Positions 48,411 to 57,090 of a DNA stretch of 64,000 nt are shown one piece after another. This stretch comes from Phycisphaerae bacterium (GTDB taxonomy: Bacteria; Planctomycetota; Phycisphaerae; UBA1845): the NCBI GenBank assembly GCA_035356615.1, contig DAOQSN010000003.1:9835-73834 (forward strand), in the 5' to 3' direction. Numbering within the stretch: the stretch's first letter is position 1; every line of letters begins with the position of its first letter. The notes beneath the pieces were generated by a model. The model saw only the letters and a list, made by a program, of their open reading frames with translations. It was not told where the DNA came from and did no database searches. The position numbers were made by a program, and so were the translations under genes.

Positions 48411-48629
48411 ACGAACGAGTGCAGCACGCGTCTGCTGTCGAGCAACGGAGTTGCAGCGATGGCGGGGATGCCGCGGAAGGTGCGGGCGGCGGGCGGACCG
48501 CTGATCCGACGTCTTGCGGTACTCGGCACGCCCGGGTAGCCGGGCCGCCAGCCTGACTACATTGGCGCGGAATGTCAGTCGCTGCGCCCGTCATAAGGGG
48601 CGGGCGCATCGCGCGCAGGAGAGCGATTC

Positions 48630-50966
48630 ATGACGCTGATCGGTGCGCTCCTCGGTCTCGCCTTCTGGCAATATGCGCCGGCGGCGTTGCCGGAGGAGGC
48701 GCTGCCTGTCGGTTCAGCGGCTCCGGAGCTGCGCGCGAAGCCGCCCAGCCTCGACACGTACAACGTCGTGTGGACCACTCCTGGCGCTGACGCGTCCGAC
48801 TCTATGCCGATCGGCAACGGCGTGGTGGGGCTCAATGTCTGGGTCGAGCAAGGCGGCGACCTGCTGTTCTACATCGCCCGCGTCGATGCGTGGAGCGAAT
48901 GCGACCGGTTGCTGAAATTGGGCCGCATCCGCCTTTCGCTGACGCCCAATCCATTCACACCGGGTCAGCCGTTTCGCCAGGAGCTTGTTCTGCGCGAGGG
49001 GCGTGTCGCAATCACCGCCGGGGCTGCTGAGCACGAGGTGGAGCTTTCAGTGTTCGTGGAGGCACAAGCACCGATCGTCCACATCGACTGTCAATCGGCG
49101 TCGCCGATCCGAGTCACGGCCACGCTCGAGAACTGGCGCACGGAGCGCCGCGTGCTGACGGACAAGGGCGAGTTGCAGTCATCGTGGACCATGCGCGATG
49201 CGCCGGACGATATCGTGCAGCGCGAAACGTGGGAATCAGCCGACGTTGTCGCGGACGATCCGATGGCCGTGGTCTGGTACCATCGCAACGAGCACTCCAT
49301 CGTGCCGTTCACCCTGCGGCACCAGGGCTTGGAGGAGATCGCCGAGCGCTTCCCGGATCCGCTTCTGGGCCGCACGTTCGGCGGGCAGATGGAGAGTCCG
49401 CAGCTTCGCAGGATCGGCCCGGCCACGCTGGCGGGCGACAAGGTGACGGCCGCCAACATCCGGATCACGACGCATTCCGCGCAGACGCCGACGGTGGCGG
49501 CCTGGATGGATGCCGTCCGGCAGTTGGCGGCCGCACCCGGCGCGGGTGGTGATGCCGCGACTGCGACCGCCCGGTGGTGGCGCGACTTCTGGGAGCGCAG
49601 TTGGATCTATATAGATGGCGACCCCGCGCAGCCCGCGGGCACCGGTGACGCGGCGCCGCCGTCGCGCATCACGCAAGCGTACATTCTCCAGCGCTGGATG
49701 ATTGCCTGCGCATCGCGTGGCAAGTTCCCGCCGAAGTTCAATGGCTCCATCTTCACCGTGGAGCCGAAGTTCACCGACGAGTCGATACCGTTCAACGCCG
49801 ACTGGCGCCGCTGGGGCGGCTCGTATTGGTGGCAGAACACGCGCCTCCCCTACTACCCGATGCTGGCGGCCGGCGACTTCGATCTCATGCAGCCGCTGTT
49901 TGATTTCTACGAGGGCGCGGTGCCCGGCTGCAAGGCCCGCGTCCAACTCTATTACCACGCCGATGGCGTGTACTTCCCGGAGACGATGACCACGTTCGCC
50001 ACGTATGCCAACAGCGACTACGGCTGGAACCGCGCCGGCGTCGACCGCTCCGTCATCCAGAGTCCGTGGTGGCAGTGGGCGTGGCAGCAGAGCCTGGAGC
50101 TGGCGCAACTCATGCTCGATTACGCCGCCTATACCGGCGACGAGCGGTTCCTGACCGAGCGTGCCCTGCCGATGGCCCGCGCGGCGCTGCGCTATTACGA
50201 CTCGCGCTTCGCCCGAGACGAACGCGGCAGACTCATTATATCGCCCACGCAGGTCGTCGAGACGTACTGGGAGGACGTGGTCAACGATGCTCCCTCCGTG
50301 GCCGGCTTGCAGGCGGTGTGCGATGCGCTGCTCGCGCTGCCGGACCGCATCGGCTCGCCGGAAGATCGCGCGCTGTGGCGACGCATGCGGGAGGCCACGC
50401 CCCTCCTACCGATGCGACGCATCGACGACCGACTCGTTGCGGCGCCGGCCGAGAGGTACAAGGATAAACGCAGCAACTGTGAGACTCCTGAGTTGTACGG
50501 CCTGTTCCCGTTCCGCGTGCTGGGCGTGGGCAAGCCGAACTACGACGCGGCCGTCGAGGCCTATCGCCGCCGCCACGACAAGTCGCACGTCGGCTGGACG
50601 CAGGACGGGGCGTTTGCCGCTCTGCTGGGCCTGACCGACGAGGCCAAGGCCGACCTGCTCGCCAAGAGCGCCAACAGCCACCCCAACTTCCGTTTCCCGG
50701 CCATGTGGGGCCCGAACTTCGACTGGCTGCCCGACCAGGACCACGGCAGCAACCTGATGACGCTGCTCCAGTTGATGCTGCTGCAATGCGACGGCCGGCA
50801 GATCCGCCTGCTGCCCGCATGGCCGAAGGAGTGGGACGTGAGCTTCAGGTTGCACGCGCCGCGCGAGACGACGGTGGAATGCGAATATCGCCACGGGTCG
50901 ATCATTTCGCTCACGGTGACGCCGGCCGCGCGGCGTGCGGATGTGGTTGCCGGCGGAGGCGATTGA
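48630..50966 (+). CDS. Secreted glycoside-hydrolase-like protein (GH95-like / DUF5703-N-type N-terminus, six-hairpin-type body)
   Basis: YNVVWTTPGADASDSMPIGNGVVGLNVWVEQGGDLLFYIARVDAWSE..RLLKLGRIRLSL. Family assignment is from memory of this N-terminal pattern only. Confidence 0.55.
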   Translation: MTLIGALLGLAFWQYAPAALPEEALPVGSAAPELRAKPPSLDTYNVVWTTPGADASDSMPIGNGVVGLNVWVEQGGDLLFYIARVDAWSECDRLLKLGRIRLSLTPNPFTPGQPFRQELVLREGRVAITAGAAEHEVELSVFVEAQAPIVHIDCQSASPIRVTATLENWRTERRVLTDKGELQSSWTMRDAPDDIVQRETWESADVVADDPMAVVWYHRNEHSIVPFTLRHQGLEEIAERFPDPLLGRTFGGQMESPQLRRIGPATLAGDKVTAANIRITTHSAQTPTVAAWMDAVRQLAAAPGAGGDAATATARWWRDFWERSWIYIDGDPAQPAGTGDAAPPSRITQAYILQRWMIACASRGKFPPKFNGSIFTVEPKFTDESIPFNADWRRWGGSYWWQNTRLPYYPMLAAGDFDLMQPLFDFYEGAVPGCKARVQLYYHADGVYFPETMTTFATYANSDYGWNRAGVDRSVIQSPWWQWAWQQSLELAQLMLDYAAYTGDERFLTERALPMARAALRYYDSRFARDERGRLIISPTQVVETYWEDVVNDAPSVAGLQAVCDALLALPDRIGSPEDRALWRRMREATPLLPMRRIDDRLVAAPAERYKDKRSNCETPELYGLFPFRVLGVGKPNYDAAVEAYRRRHDKSHVGWTQDGAFAALLGLTDEAKADLLAKSANSHPNFRFPAMWGPNFDWLPDQDHGSNLMTLLQLMLLQCDGRQIRLLPAWPKEWDVSFRLHAPRETTVECEYRHGSIISLTVTPAARRADVVAGGGD

Positions 50967-51292
50967 CCGGGGACTGCCTTCGCTGAACCGGTTCGGTGAT
51001 TCCGGCGCGGCAGGACCGCCACGCCGGCAGCCGACCAAAGGGCGTCGGCTGGCCCGCCTCTTCGAGTGCCCCGCCTCTTCAGAGGTGGGGGAGCGATGTC
51101 GGCCGACTGGTCGAAGGTGTCAGGGGACTGGCGCCGCGCCGGACGCACCCGAGTCTCGGACGCGGCGTCGGCCACGCTTGCGGTGTACCCGCGGTGCCTG
51201 TCCCCTGTCTCGGCCAGGTCCATATGGCCCCGGGTGCACGTCACGGTGACGGTCGTAGGCCTGGACCGCTGGATGTCGCTTGCGACAGGCGA

Positions 51293-53533
51293 TCACTTCC
51301 TCCGTCGCCGCGTCGCGGGCGCAGCCTTTTCGGCGCGTCGGGACCCCGGTCTTCTGCCCGTCTTGGGCGGGCGGGCGGTCTGCGATATCGCACCTGCCGG
51401 TCCTGCGGCCAAGGCCAGGTCCAGTTTCCGGTCCGCCAGGTCGATGGCGGCGATGGTCACCCGTACACGGTCGCCGATCTTGAACTGGCGACGCGTCCGC
51501 TGGCCGATGACGCAGCCGGCCGCGCTGTCCACTTCCCACCAGTCCTCGGGCATGTCGGTGAAGCGCAGCAGTCCCTCCACCAGATACTCAGGCAACTGGA
51601 CGAAGATCCCGAAATTGGTCACCCCCGTGACGATCCCTTCGAATTCCTCGCCCACGCGTTGTTCGAGCAGCCGCAGGATATAGACGAGCTTAAGTTCACG
51701 CTCGGCCGCCTCCGCCCGGCGTTCATTGCGGCTGCAATGCGCGCCTACTTTCTTGCACTCGTCGAGGGTGGGCACCTCCACGCGGCGGCGGCCTTTCCTG
51801 AATCCGCCCTGCAGGTAGGCGTCCAGCAGCCGGTGGATGGTCAGATCCGGGTACCGGCGGATGGGCGAGGTGAAGTGCGTGTAGTTGTCGCTGGCCAGTG
51901 CGAAATGCCCCACCGGAGCGGGCTCGTAGACGGCCCGTTCGAGCGACTTCAGGATCGCCAGGTTGACGGCGAATGCCTCCGGCCGACCCCTCACCTTCTC
52001 CAGCAACGGCTGCAACGCCGCTCGGTCCATTCCTTTGACGGGGGGTAGTCGCAGGGCTCGCAGGAACCGGTTCAGGGGCGGCGTCGCGGCCTCGTCGGGC
52101 GGTGGGTGCACGCGGCGCAAAGCCGGCACGCCCAGGCCCGCCAGCAGCTCGGCCACCACCTCGTTGGCTTCCACCATGAACATCTCAATGATCGTGTGCG
52201 AGAAGCTCATGTCCGCCGGCTCCACGCCCGCCACGGCCCCTTTTTCGTCGAACACGACCTCGACTTCCGGCAGGTCCAGCACAAGCATGCCGTTGGCCAA
52301 TCGGCGCCGCCGGATCACCCGCGCCAGCGCATCCATCCGCCGCAGCAAGGCGGTGACCTTCTTCGCGTAGCCTCCGACTTTGCCGGCGAGGATCTGCGTC
52401 GCCTGCCCATACGTCAGCCGCTTGGCCGAGCAGATGACTGTGTTGGCGAAACGCGTCGCCACGCGCCGCCCGGCCGTGTCGTAGGTGATGAATGCACTCT
52501 TGGTCAGCCGGGGCTCTCCTTCCTGCAGGCTGCATACCCCGTTGGAGAGCACCTCCGGCAGCATCGGAATGACCAGCCGCGGGAAGTAGACGCTGTTGGC
52601 TCGCGCGCGGGCTTCCTCGTCCAGCGCCCTCCCCGGCTGCACGAAGTAGGACACGTCGGCGATGTGCACCCCCAGCTCCAGCCGGCCGCCGGCCAGTTCG
52701 GTTAGCGAAATGGCGTCGTCAAAATCACGGGCATCATCCGGATCAATGGTGATTACGGTCAGATCACACAAGTCCTCACGCCCGCTGGCGCCGTCCTCCG
52801 GGTCGTAGGACTTCACGACCCGCGCGGCCTCCCTGGCCACGGCAGCGGGGAACTCCTCCGGTAACTGGTACTGCTGGATGATGCTCTGCGCATCGACGCC
52901 CGGATCGCCCCGCTTACCCAACACCTTGGTGATCACGCCGCGGGCGTCGCGGCCGCGGGCGGGATACTCGCTGATCTCGACCACCACCTGGTCGCCGCTG
53001 CGGGCGCGTTTGGCGCCCGGGTCACCCACGAAGATGGGCGCATGCAGGATGTCGCCGTCCGGCCGCACGAACCAGCGCTGCAGTTCGTGGCACAGTTCAC
53101 CCACGAACCGGCTCTGGCCGCGCTCGATGATCTCGACGATGCGGCCCTCGTACATCATTCGGCCTTCACGCTTGCCCCGCTTCAGCACCGCGGCCGCCAC
53201 GGTATCGCCGGTGACGGCATCGCCCGCATGACCGGGCGGGATGAACAGGTCGCCGTGCGCATTGGGTGTGTCGGGAATGACGAAGCCGAAGCCCCGCGGG
53301 TTGGAGCGAAAGCGGCCTACCACCCGGCGCGCCGGATCGGGCAGGGTCAGCGCGCTGGCTGACCCCATCACGATCCGCCCCGTCTTCATCAGGGCCTTGA
53401 CCGTCTCGCGGAAGTCGCCGTACTCCTCGTCGGCGATGCCCATCGCCTTGGCGAGCTTGTGGATCTTCTGGGGTTGATAGCCCTGGCGGGCCAGGTGCCG
53501 GACAATCCGATCCGCAAACCGTTCCGTCGTCAT
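51293..53533 (-). CDS. rnr: Ribonuclease R
   Basis: N-terminal HTH/cold-shock-like region. RNB domain (ITIDPDDARDFDDAISL, YFPRLVIPMLPE, HFALASDNYTHFTSPIRRYPDLTIHR). S1 domain FEGIVTGVTNFGIFVQL. Basic tail. Confidence 0.9.
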   Translation of the reverse strand: MTTERFADRIVRHLARQGYQPQKIHKLAKAMGIADEEYGDFRETVKALMKTGRIVMGSASALTLPDPARRVVGRFRSNPRGFGFVIPDTPNAHGDLFIPPGHAGDAVTGDTVAAAVLKRGKREGRMMYEGRIVEIIERGQSRFVGELCHELQRWFVRPDGDILHAPIFVGDPGAKRARSGDQVVVEISEYPARGRDARGVITKVLGKRGDPGVDAQSIIQQYQLPEEFPAAVAREAARVVKSYDPEDGASGREDLCDLTVITIDPDDARDFDDAISLTELAGGRLELGVHIADVSYFVQPGRALDEEARARANSVYFPRLVIPMLPEVLSNGVCSLQEGEPRLTKSAFITYDTAGRRVATRFANTVICSAKRLTYGQATQILAGKVGGYAKKVTALLRRMDALARVIRRRRLANGMLVLDLPEVEVVFDEKGAVAGVEPADMSFSHTIIEMFMVEANEVVAELLAGLGVPALRRVHPPPDEAATPPLNRFLRALRLPPVKGMDRAALQPLLEKVRGRPEAFAVNLAILKSLERAVYEPAPVGHFALASDNYTHFTSPIRRYPDLTIHRLLDAYLQGGFRKGRRRVEVPTLDECKKVGAHCSRNERRAEAAERELKLVYILRLLEQRVGEEFEGIVTGVTNFGIFVQLPEYLVEGLLRFTDMPEDWWEVDSAAGCVIGQRTRRQFKIGDRVRVTIAAIDLADRKLDLALAAGPAGAISQTARPPKTGRRPGSRRAEKAAPATRRRRK

Positions 53534-53819
53534 GGCGATTCCTCACGCTGTCGTCGTGGCCATCGTCAGCCGAAGTAAGCCGCACATCCTACGTGTCTTG
53601 CTCCCGCAGGCCAATGGCCGGCAGCCGCTCCGCTTTGCGGCCAACCGTGGCGGAACGCGCTGCGGCCTGCGGCGAAGCCACGCAGTGTTCAGGGTTCGGG
53701 GTTCAGGGTTTGGCGATCAGCTATCAGCCCTCAGCTTTCAGCCAATGGTAGGGTGCGGCCCGGACGCGCCAATTCGAGGCCCACATCTGAATGGTGCGTC
53801 AAGGGACGCTAGACGGCTT

Positions 53820-54953
53820 CTATTCCCCTGGGCCTGATGTCACAACTAGCGATAAGACACCTAGACCCCCGCCGGGAGATGGCGATTCTTCTATGTCGTC
53901 GTCCCAAGGTGGTTGCGGCGGCTCATTGTCGAAGCCTTCCGACAACAACCCTTGAAGCCGGCTGAGCTGTCCAGTCCCGGATGACACGCGCGAGATGAGC
54001 CCAGCGATAGCGCCGTGCAGCGAACGGTCACTCATGACGCCAACACCAGGGCGCCACTTTTCGCCCAGCCGCAACCCACTCCAAGCCTGCACGAATTCGT
54101 CCAACCCGATGCATGACAAGACAGACTCCGCCGTTTCGTTCCCATGAACAGCCACATCCGCATGGGGCCATGGATGAGGATGGCGGTGATGACGCCAAGG
54201 AAACGGGAGGCAACACTCAACGAACTCCCTACACTCGGGGCAGTGTTCGGGGTCGAGAAACCCCCAAGGCCAAGGATGGACTGGAGCAGGAGCCCGTTGC
54301 GACGACGCCTCTGAGACAATCGCCGGTATTAGGTCTTTGCTGGTCAGCGATTTCCGACCGCCGAGTATCTGTCTCATGACGCGCGCGCTGACTAACGACA
54401 AGCAACCGGGAGCAGTCAGAAGGCCGTAGGCCCCCAGCATTCCCGAACGATTTCGAAGATGAAAGTGCCCACCCTTGAAGATCCCGGAGACACCAACAAA
54501 AGGAGGGAATCCGTCCAACAGCGAGAGCTGCCATTCGTCGATCCCGAATCGCCCCGCCGATCGAGCAGACCCCACACTCCCTCGCTTCGCCTGGATGAGG
54601 CAAGCGCGCTGCCACCGCAGTCTATTGCCTTCTACGTAGGACGCAAGAACCAGAAGGTCCGCCAATTCTCTCTGATGTTCCTCTCCTCCTATGGCGAATC
54701 TTACCTGGGAACGATGACCGTGAAGGAACTGCCCGTCAATGTCAAGGAACGCGCCCTCAACGTCGGCATGCAATCCCGGCGCGTCACGGCAACGAACAGA
54801 GGGCGTTCGCTGTATCGCATCCACTAGGGCCGCGACAGAGGCCACCTCGTCGGCATGTTCAGCATAGACCTCTTCGATCGACGAACGCAGATGTTGGGCT
54901 AGCCGCCACTGCCAATCCTGATACTCGGGCATTGTCGTCAGTACGTCCAACAT
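53820..54953 (-). CDS. Orphan hypothetical protein, lower GC than surroundings; possible PD-(D/E)XK-like core and Cys/His/Trp-rich segment
   Basis: A 377-codon ORF at about 57% GC in two 60-nt samples, against about 68% elsewhere. ...EHQRELADLLVLASY...RACLIQAKRG... HPWPWGFLDPEHCPECREFVECCLPFPWRHHRHPHPWPH. Confidence 0.6.
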   Translation of the reverse strand: MLDVLTTMPEYQDWQWRLAQHLRSSIEEVYAEHADEVASVAALVDAIQRTPSVRCRDAPGLHADVEGAFLDIDGQFLHGHRSQVRFAIGGEEHQRELADLLVLASYVEGNRLRWQRACLIQAKRGSVGSARSAGRFGIDEWQLSLLDGFPPFVGVSGIFKGGHFHLRNRSGMLGAYGLLTAPGCLSLVSARVMRQILGGRKSLTSKDLIPAIVSEASSQRAPAPVHPWPWGFLDPEHCPECREFVECCLPFPWRHHRHPHPWPHADVAVHGNETAESVLSCIGLDEFVQAWSGLRLGEKWRPGVGVMSDRSLHGAIAGLISRVSSGTGQLSRLQGLLSEGFDNEPPQPPWDDDIEESPSPGGGLGVLSLVVTSGPGE

Positions 54954-55005
54954 TCTTATGACCCCTTGGCGCCAGCAATACGAAGTGCGTACCGCAAGCG
55001 CGAAC

Positions 55006-55413
55006 CTACGCCCCGATCATCGCGCTGGCCGTTTCGCTCCATAGACCCTTTTCACCGGTCGTGGCGATCCAGCGGAGCATGTAGTGGGCGGTCTTGCCGG
55101 CGTCTTCGCCGGGGTAGTCGGCCGCGTACGGCGTACGCGTGTCGACCGACAGGAAGCTCGGCTCGCTGGCCCGGGTCGGGGGCGGGTCGCCGACCTTGAC
55201 CCAGATCTCGGCCCCCATCACGCCGGGCGGCTTGACCTTGCGCGTCGGCGTGGCCTCGTCAGCGAACGCGATCGTGTGCTGGAGCCGCTGGCTGGTGTCC
55301 ACGGTGACCACGGGCCGCGTCTTGGGCGGACCCTCGGGGCTCCCCTCGCGGTCGGGCACGGTGATCCCCATCGCGGCCCGCTCGGTGTCGAACTTCAGGC
55401 GGCTGCCAGTCAT
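55006..55413 (-). CDS. Hypothetical protein with FN3/Ig-like C-terminal signature; may be the 3' half of the split HU-like gene
   Basis: ...GAEIWVKVGDPPP...GKTAHYMLRWIATTGEKGLWSETASAMI. Its ATG overlaps the stop of the zinc-finger gene (ATGA). Confidence 0.5.
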   Translation of the reverse strand: MTGSRLKFDTERAAMGITVPDREGSPEGPPKTRPVVTVDTSQRLQHTIAFADEATPTRKVKPPGVMGAEIWVKVGDPPPTRASEPSFLSVDTRTPYAADYPGEDAGKTAHYMLRWIATTGEKGLWSETASAMIGA

Positions 55414-55589
55414 TCGTCGTCACTGCCCTCGGCTTCGAGGCGTCGCATGGCTTCCAGGTCGAAGTAGCGCTCGCCGCAGGCGGCACACACGTCGGCCTTG
55501 ACGCCGCTCACGGTTCGGCCGTTCTGCAGGCGAATCGACACCTCCTTGCGTTGGACGCGCCTTGACCCGCAGGACACACAAATCTTCAG
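55410..55589 (-). CDS. YgiT-type zinc-finger protein (MqsA-N-terminal-like antitoxin lacking the HTH domain); non-ATG (CTG) start inferred
   Basis: (M)KICVSCGSRRVQRKEVSIRLQNGRTVSGVKADVCAACGERYFDLEAM has two CxxC pairs with the typical spacing. It begins 10 nt after the toxin stop. Confidence 0.6.
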   Translation of the reverse strand: MKICVSCGSRRVQRKEVSIRLQNGRTVSGVKADVCAACGERYFDLEAMRRLEAEGSDDE

Positions 55590-55599
55590 ATCGGGGCGT

Positions 55600-55917
55600 T
55601 CACTCGCCGAGCGTGGCGATCTTCGCGGAGACGAAGACGTAGAAGACTTCTTGCTCCGCTTGGCGGACGATGGCCCCTTTTGTGTAGATGAGTGTCCCGT
55701 TGTAGCTGAAGCTCTTGATGACATATAGTTTCTCACTCGTATGCCGTTTTGCTCGGCTGCGTGAGCGCAGAGTTTTCGCGATGGCCTGGGCATTGGCGAT
55801 CGATTCGATCACGTCGCCGGCGGTCAGCCCGTCGGCCTCCATCTCGTCGCGGGCCTTTTCGGTGAATCGTATCCATCCCCGCAGTACCAGGCGCTTGATC
55901 TGGAGCAGTACGTCCAT
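55600..55917 (-). CDS. MqsR-family toxin-like protein
   Basis: MDVLLQIKRLVLRGWIRFTEKARDEMEADGLTAGDVIESI...LYVIKSFSYNGTLIYTKGAIV...VFYVFVSAKI aligns by eye with E. coli MqsR (LSQVKKLVNAGQVRTT...VYLKITVIHDVLIVSFKEK). AT-richer than the flanks. Confidence 0.6.
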   Translation of the reverse strand: MDVLLQIKRLVLRGWIRFTEKARDEMEADGLTAGDVIESIANAQAIAKTLRSRSRAKRHTSEKLYVIKSFSYNGTLIYTKGAIVRQAEQEVFYVFVSAKIATLGE

Positions 55918-56290
55918 CCTTGTGTATCCTAACCGGCAAAACGCCGCGAATCAACCCGAAGGGAGAAAGCGCATTAGCCCCGACATCCACGCGGTACCGG
56001 GCCGGCCCGAAGCGGTCGGGCGGGCCTGTGAAGACGCCCTTGATCCGTGGGAAGAAGTCCATCATGCCGAAGTGGTTGACCCGCTGGCCCTGCTCGACCC
56101 GCCGCTGCCAGGGCAGCTTGAGCACGGCGGTCACGGGCAGGATGTCCGGCTTGCTCACCGTCGACCTCTGGTCGATGATGTCCTGGACCAGGTCGTCGCC
56201 GCCGGCACTGCCGCCGATCTGGACCATGGCCGCGTAGTCGTCGGGGTCAGCGGTGATGTTGTTCTCGAATAGGGCGTCTTTGATGGGCAT
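55733..56290 (-). pseudogene. HU-like DNA-binding domain gene (Bacteroidota HU/DUF4469-type N-terminus); only about the first 110 codons look genuine
   Basis: MPIKDALFENNITADPDDYAAMV...DDLVQDIIDQRSTVSKPDILPVTAVL...VEQGQRVNHFGMMDFFPRIKGVFTGPPDRFGPARYRVDVGAN. Downstream of about 55950 the frame runs out of phase across the toxin gene. Confidence 0.5.
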
Positions 56291-56733
56291 CGGTCAGTCC
56301 TCCCGGGCTGAAACCTTGCCGCTCAGTGTACGCGGCGGTGGGCGGGCGTCAAGGGTGTGGAAATTGGGCCGGCGCAAGGCGGCTCAAGCGCTGCCGGAGG
56401 TTGCGGATCGCCCGTCGGATCGTGTCGGGCGACTGCGCGCCTCCAGCTCACACAGCGCGTAGGAGCTGGTCCGCTACGATATGCTGATTCGGTTGACCAC
56501 CCCGCAGGCCCCGGCGGTCTGTTCGATTCGCTTGTAGTGGTCGTTTTCGGTATGATCGGCCCCAGCGTGATGACGGTGGGTGACCGCCTCCGCGTCTCAC
56601 TGGTGCGCGCCGACGTGGAGCAGAGGTTCATCGATTCCAAGCGCGTCGGTGGGCCCGCACCCTGACGCGCACCGTGGTCATCCGCCGTGGAGTGACTTGC
56701 TGCCCAGTTGTGAACCCCGTTGCGGGCCAAAGA

Positions 56734-57081
56734 ATGAGCGAGATCCTTCCAGAATGTGTCGGTGACGTACCCAATGTCTGCGGGCGAGAGGGCTTGATCC
56801 GCGCGGCCCTGGCCCGCACGGACCGGCGTCCCTTGTCCGACAGCGGTGCCGATTTCGCTCGTATCCAGAGCGTGTTCGCCATCGCGCTGCACATGCGCCA
56901 GCCGCTGATTCCCGCCGGCGGGGACGATTTGCGCGCGGCCGGGATTATCAGCAACGTCCAGCACATGCTGGAGCATCCTAACGACGCGTATCATCACAAT
57001 GCGACGGTCTTTCGCTCGTGCTACAAACGCATGGCCGAGTTCATCCCGCAACTCGTCCGCGCGGGTCGCCGGCGGCGGTGA
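56734..57081 (+). pseudogene. N-terminal remnant of a GH57-like glycoside hydrolase
   Basis: FAIALHMRQPLIPAGGDDLRAAGIISNVQHMLEHP...HNATVFRSCYKRMAEFIPQLV matches my memory of the start of GH57-type enzymes. The ORF then stops after RAGRRRR, 10 nt before the convergent kinase gene. Confidence 0.4.
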
Positions 57082-57090
57082 CTTGTCCGC

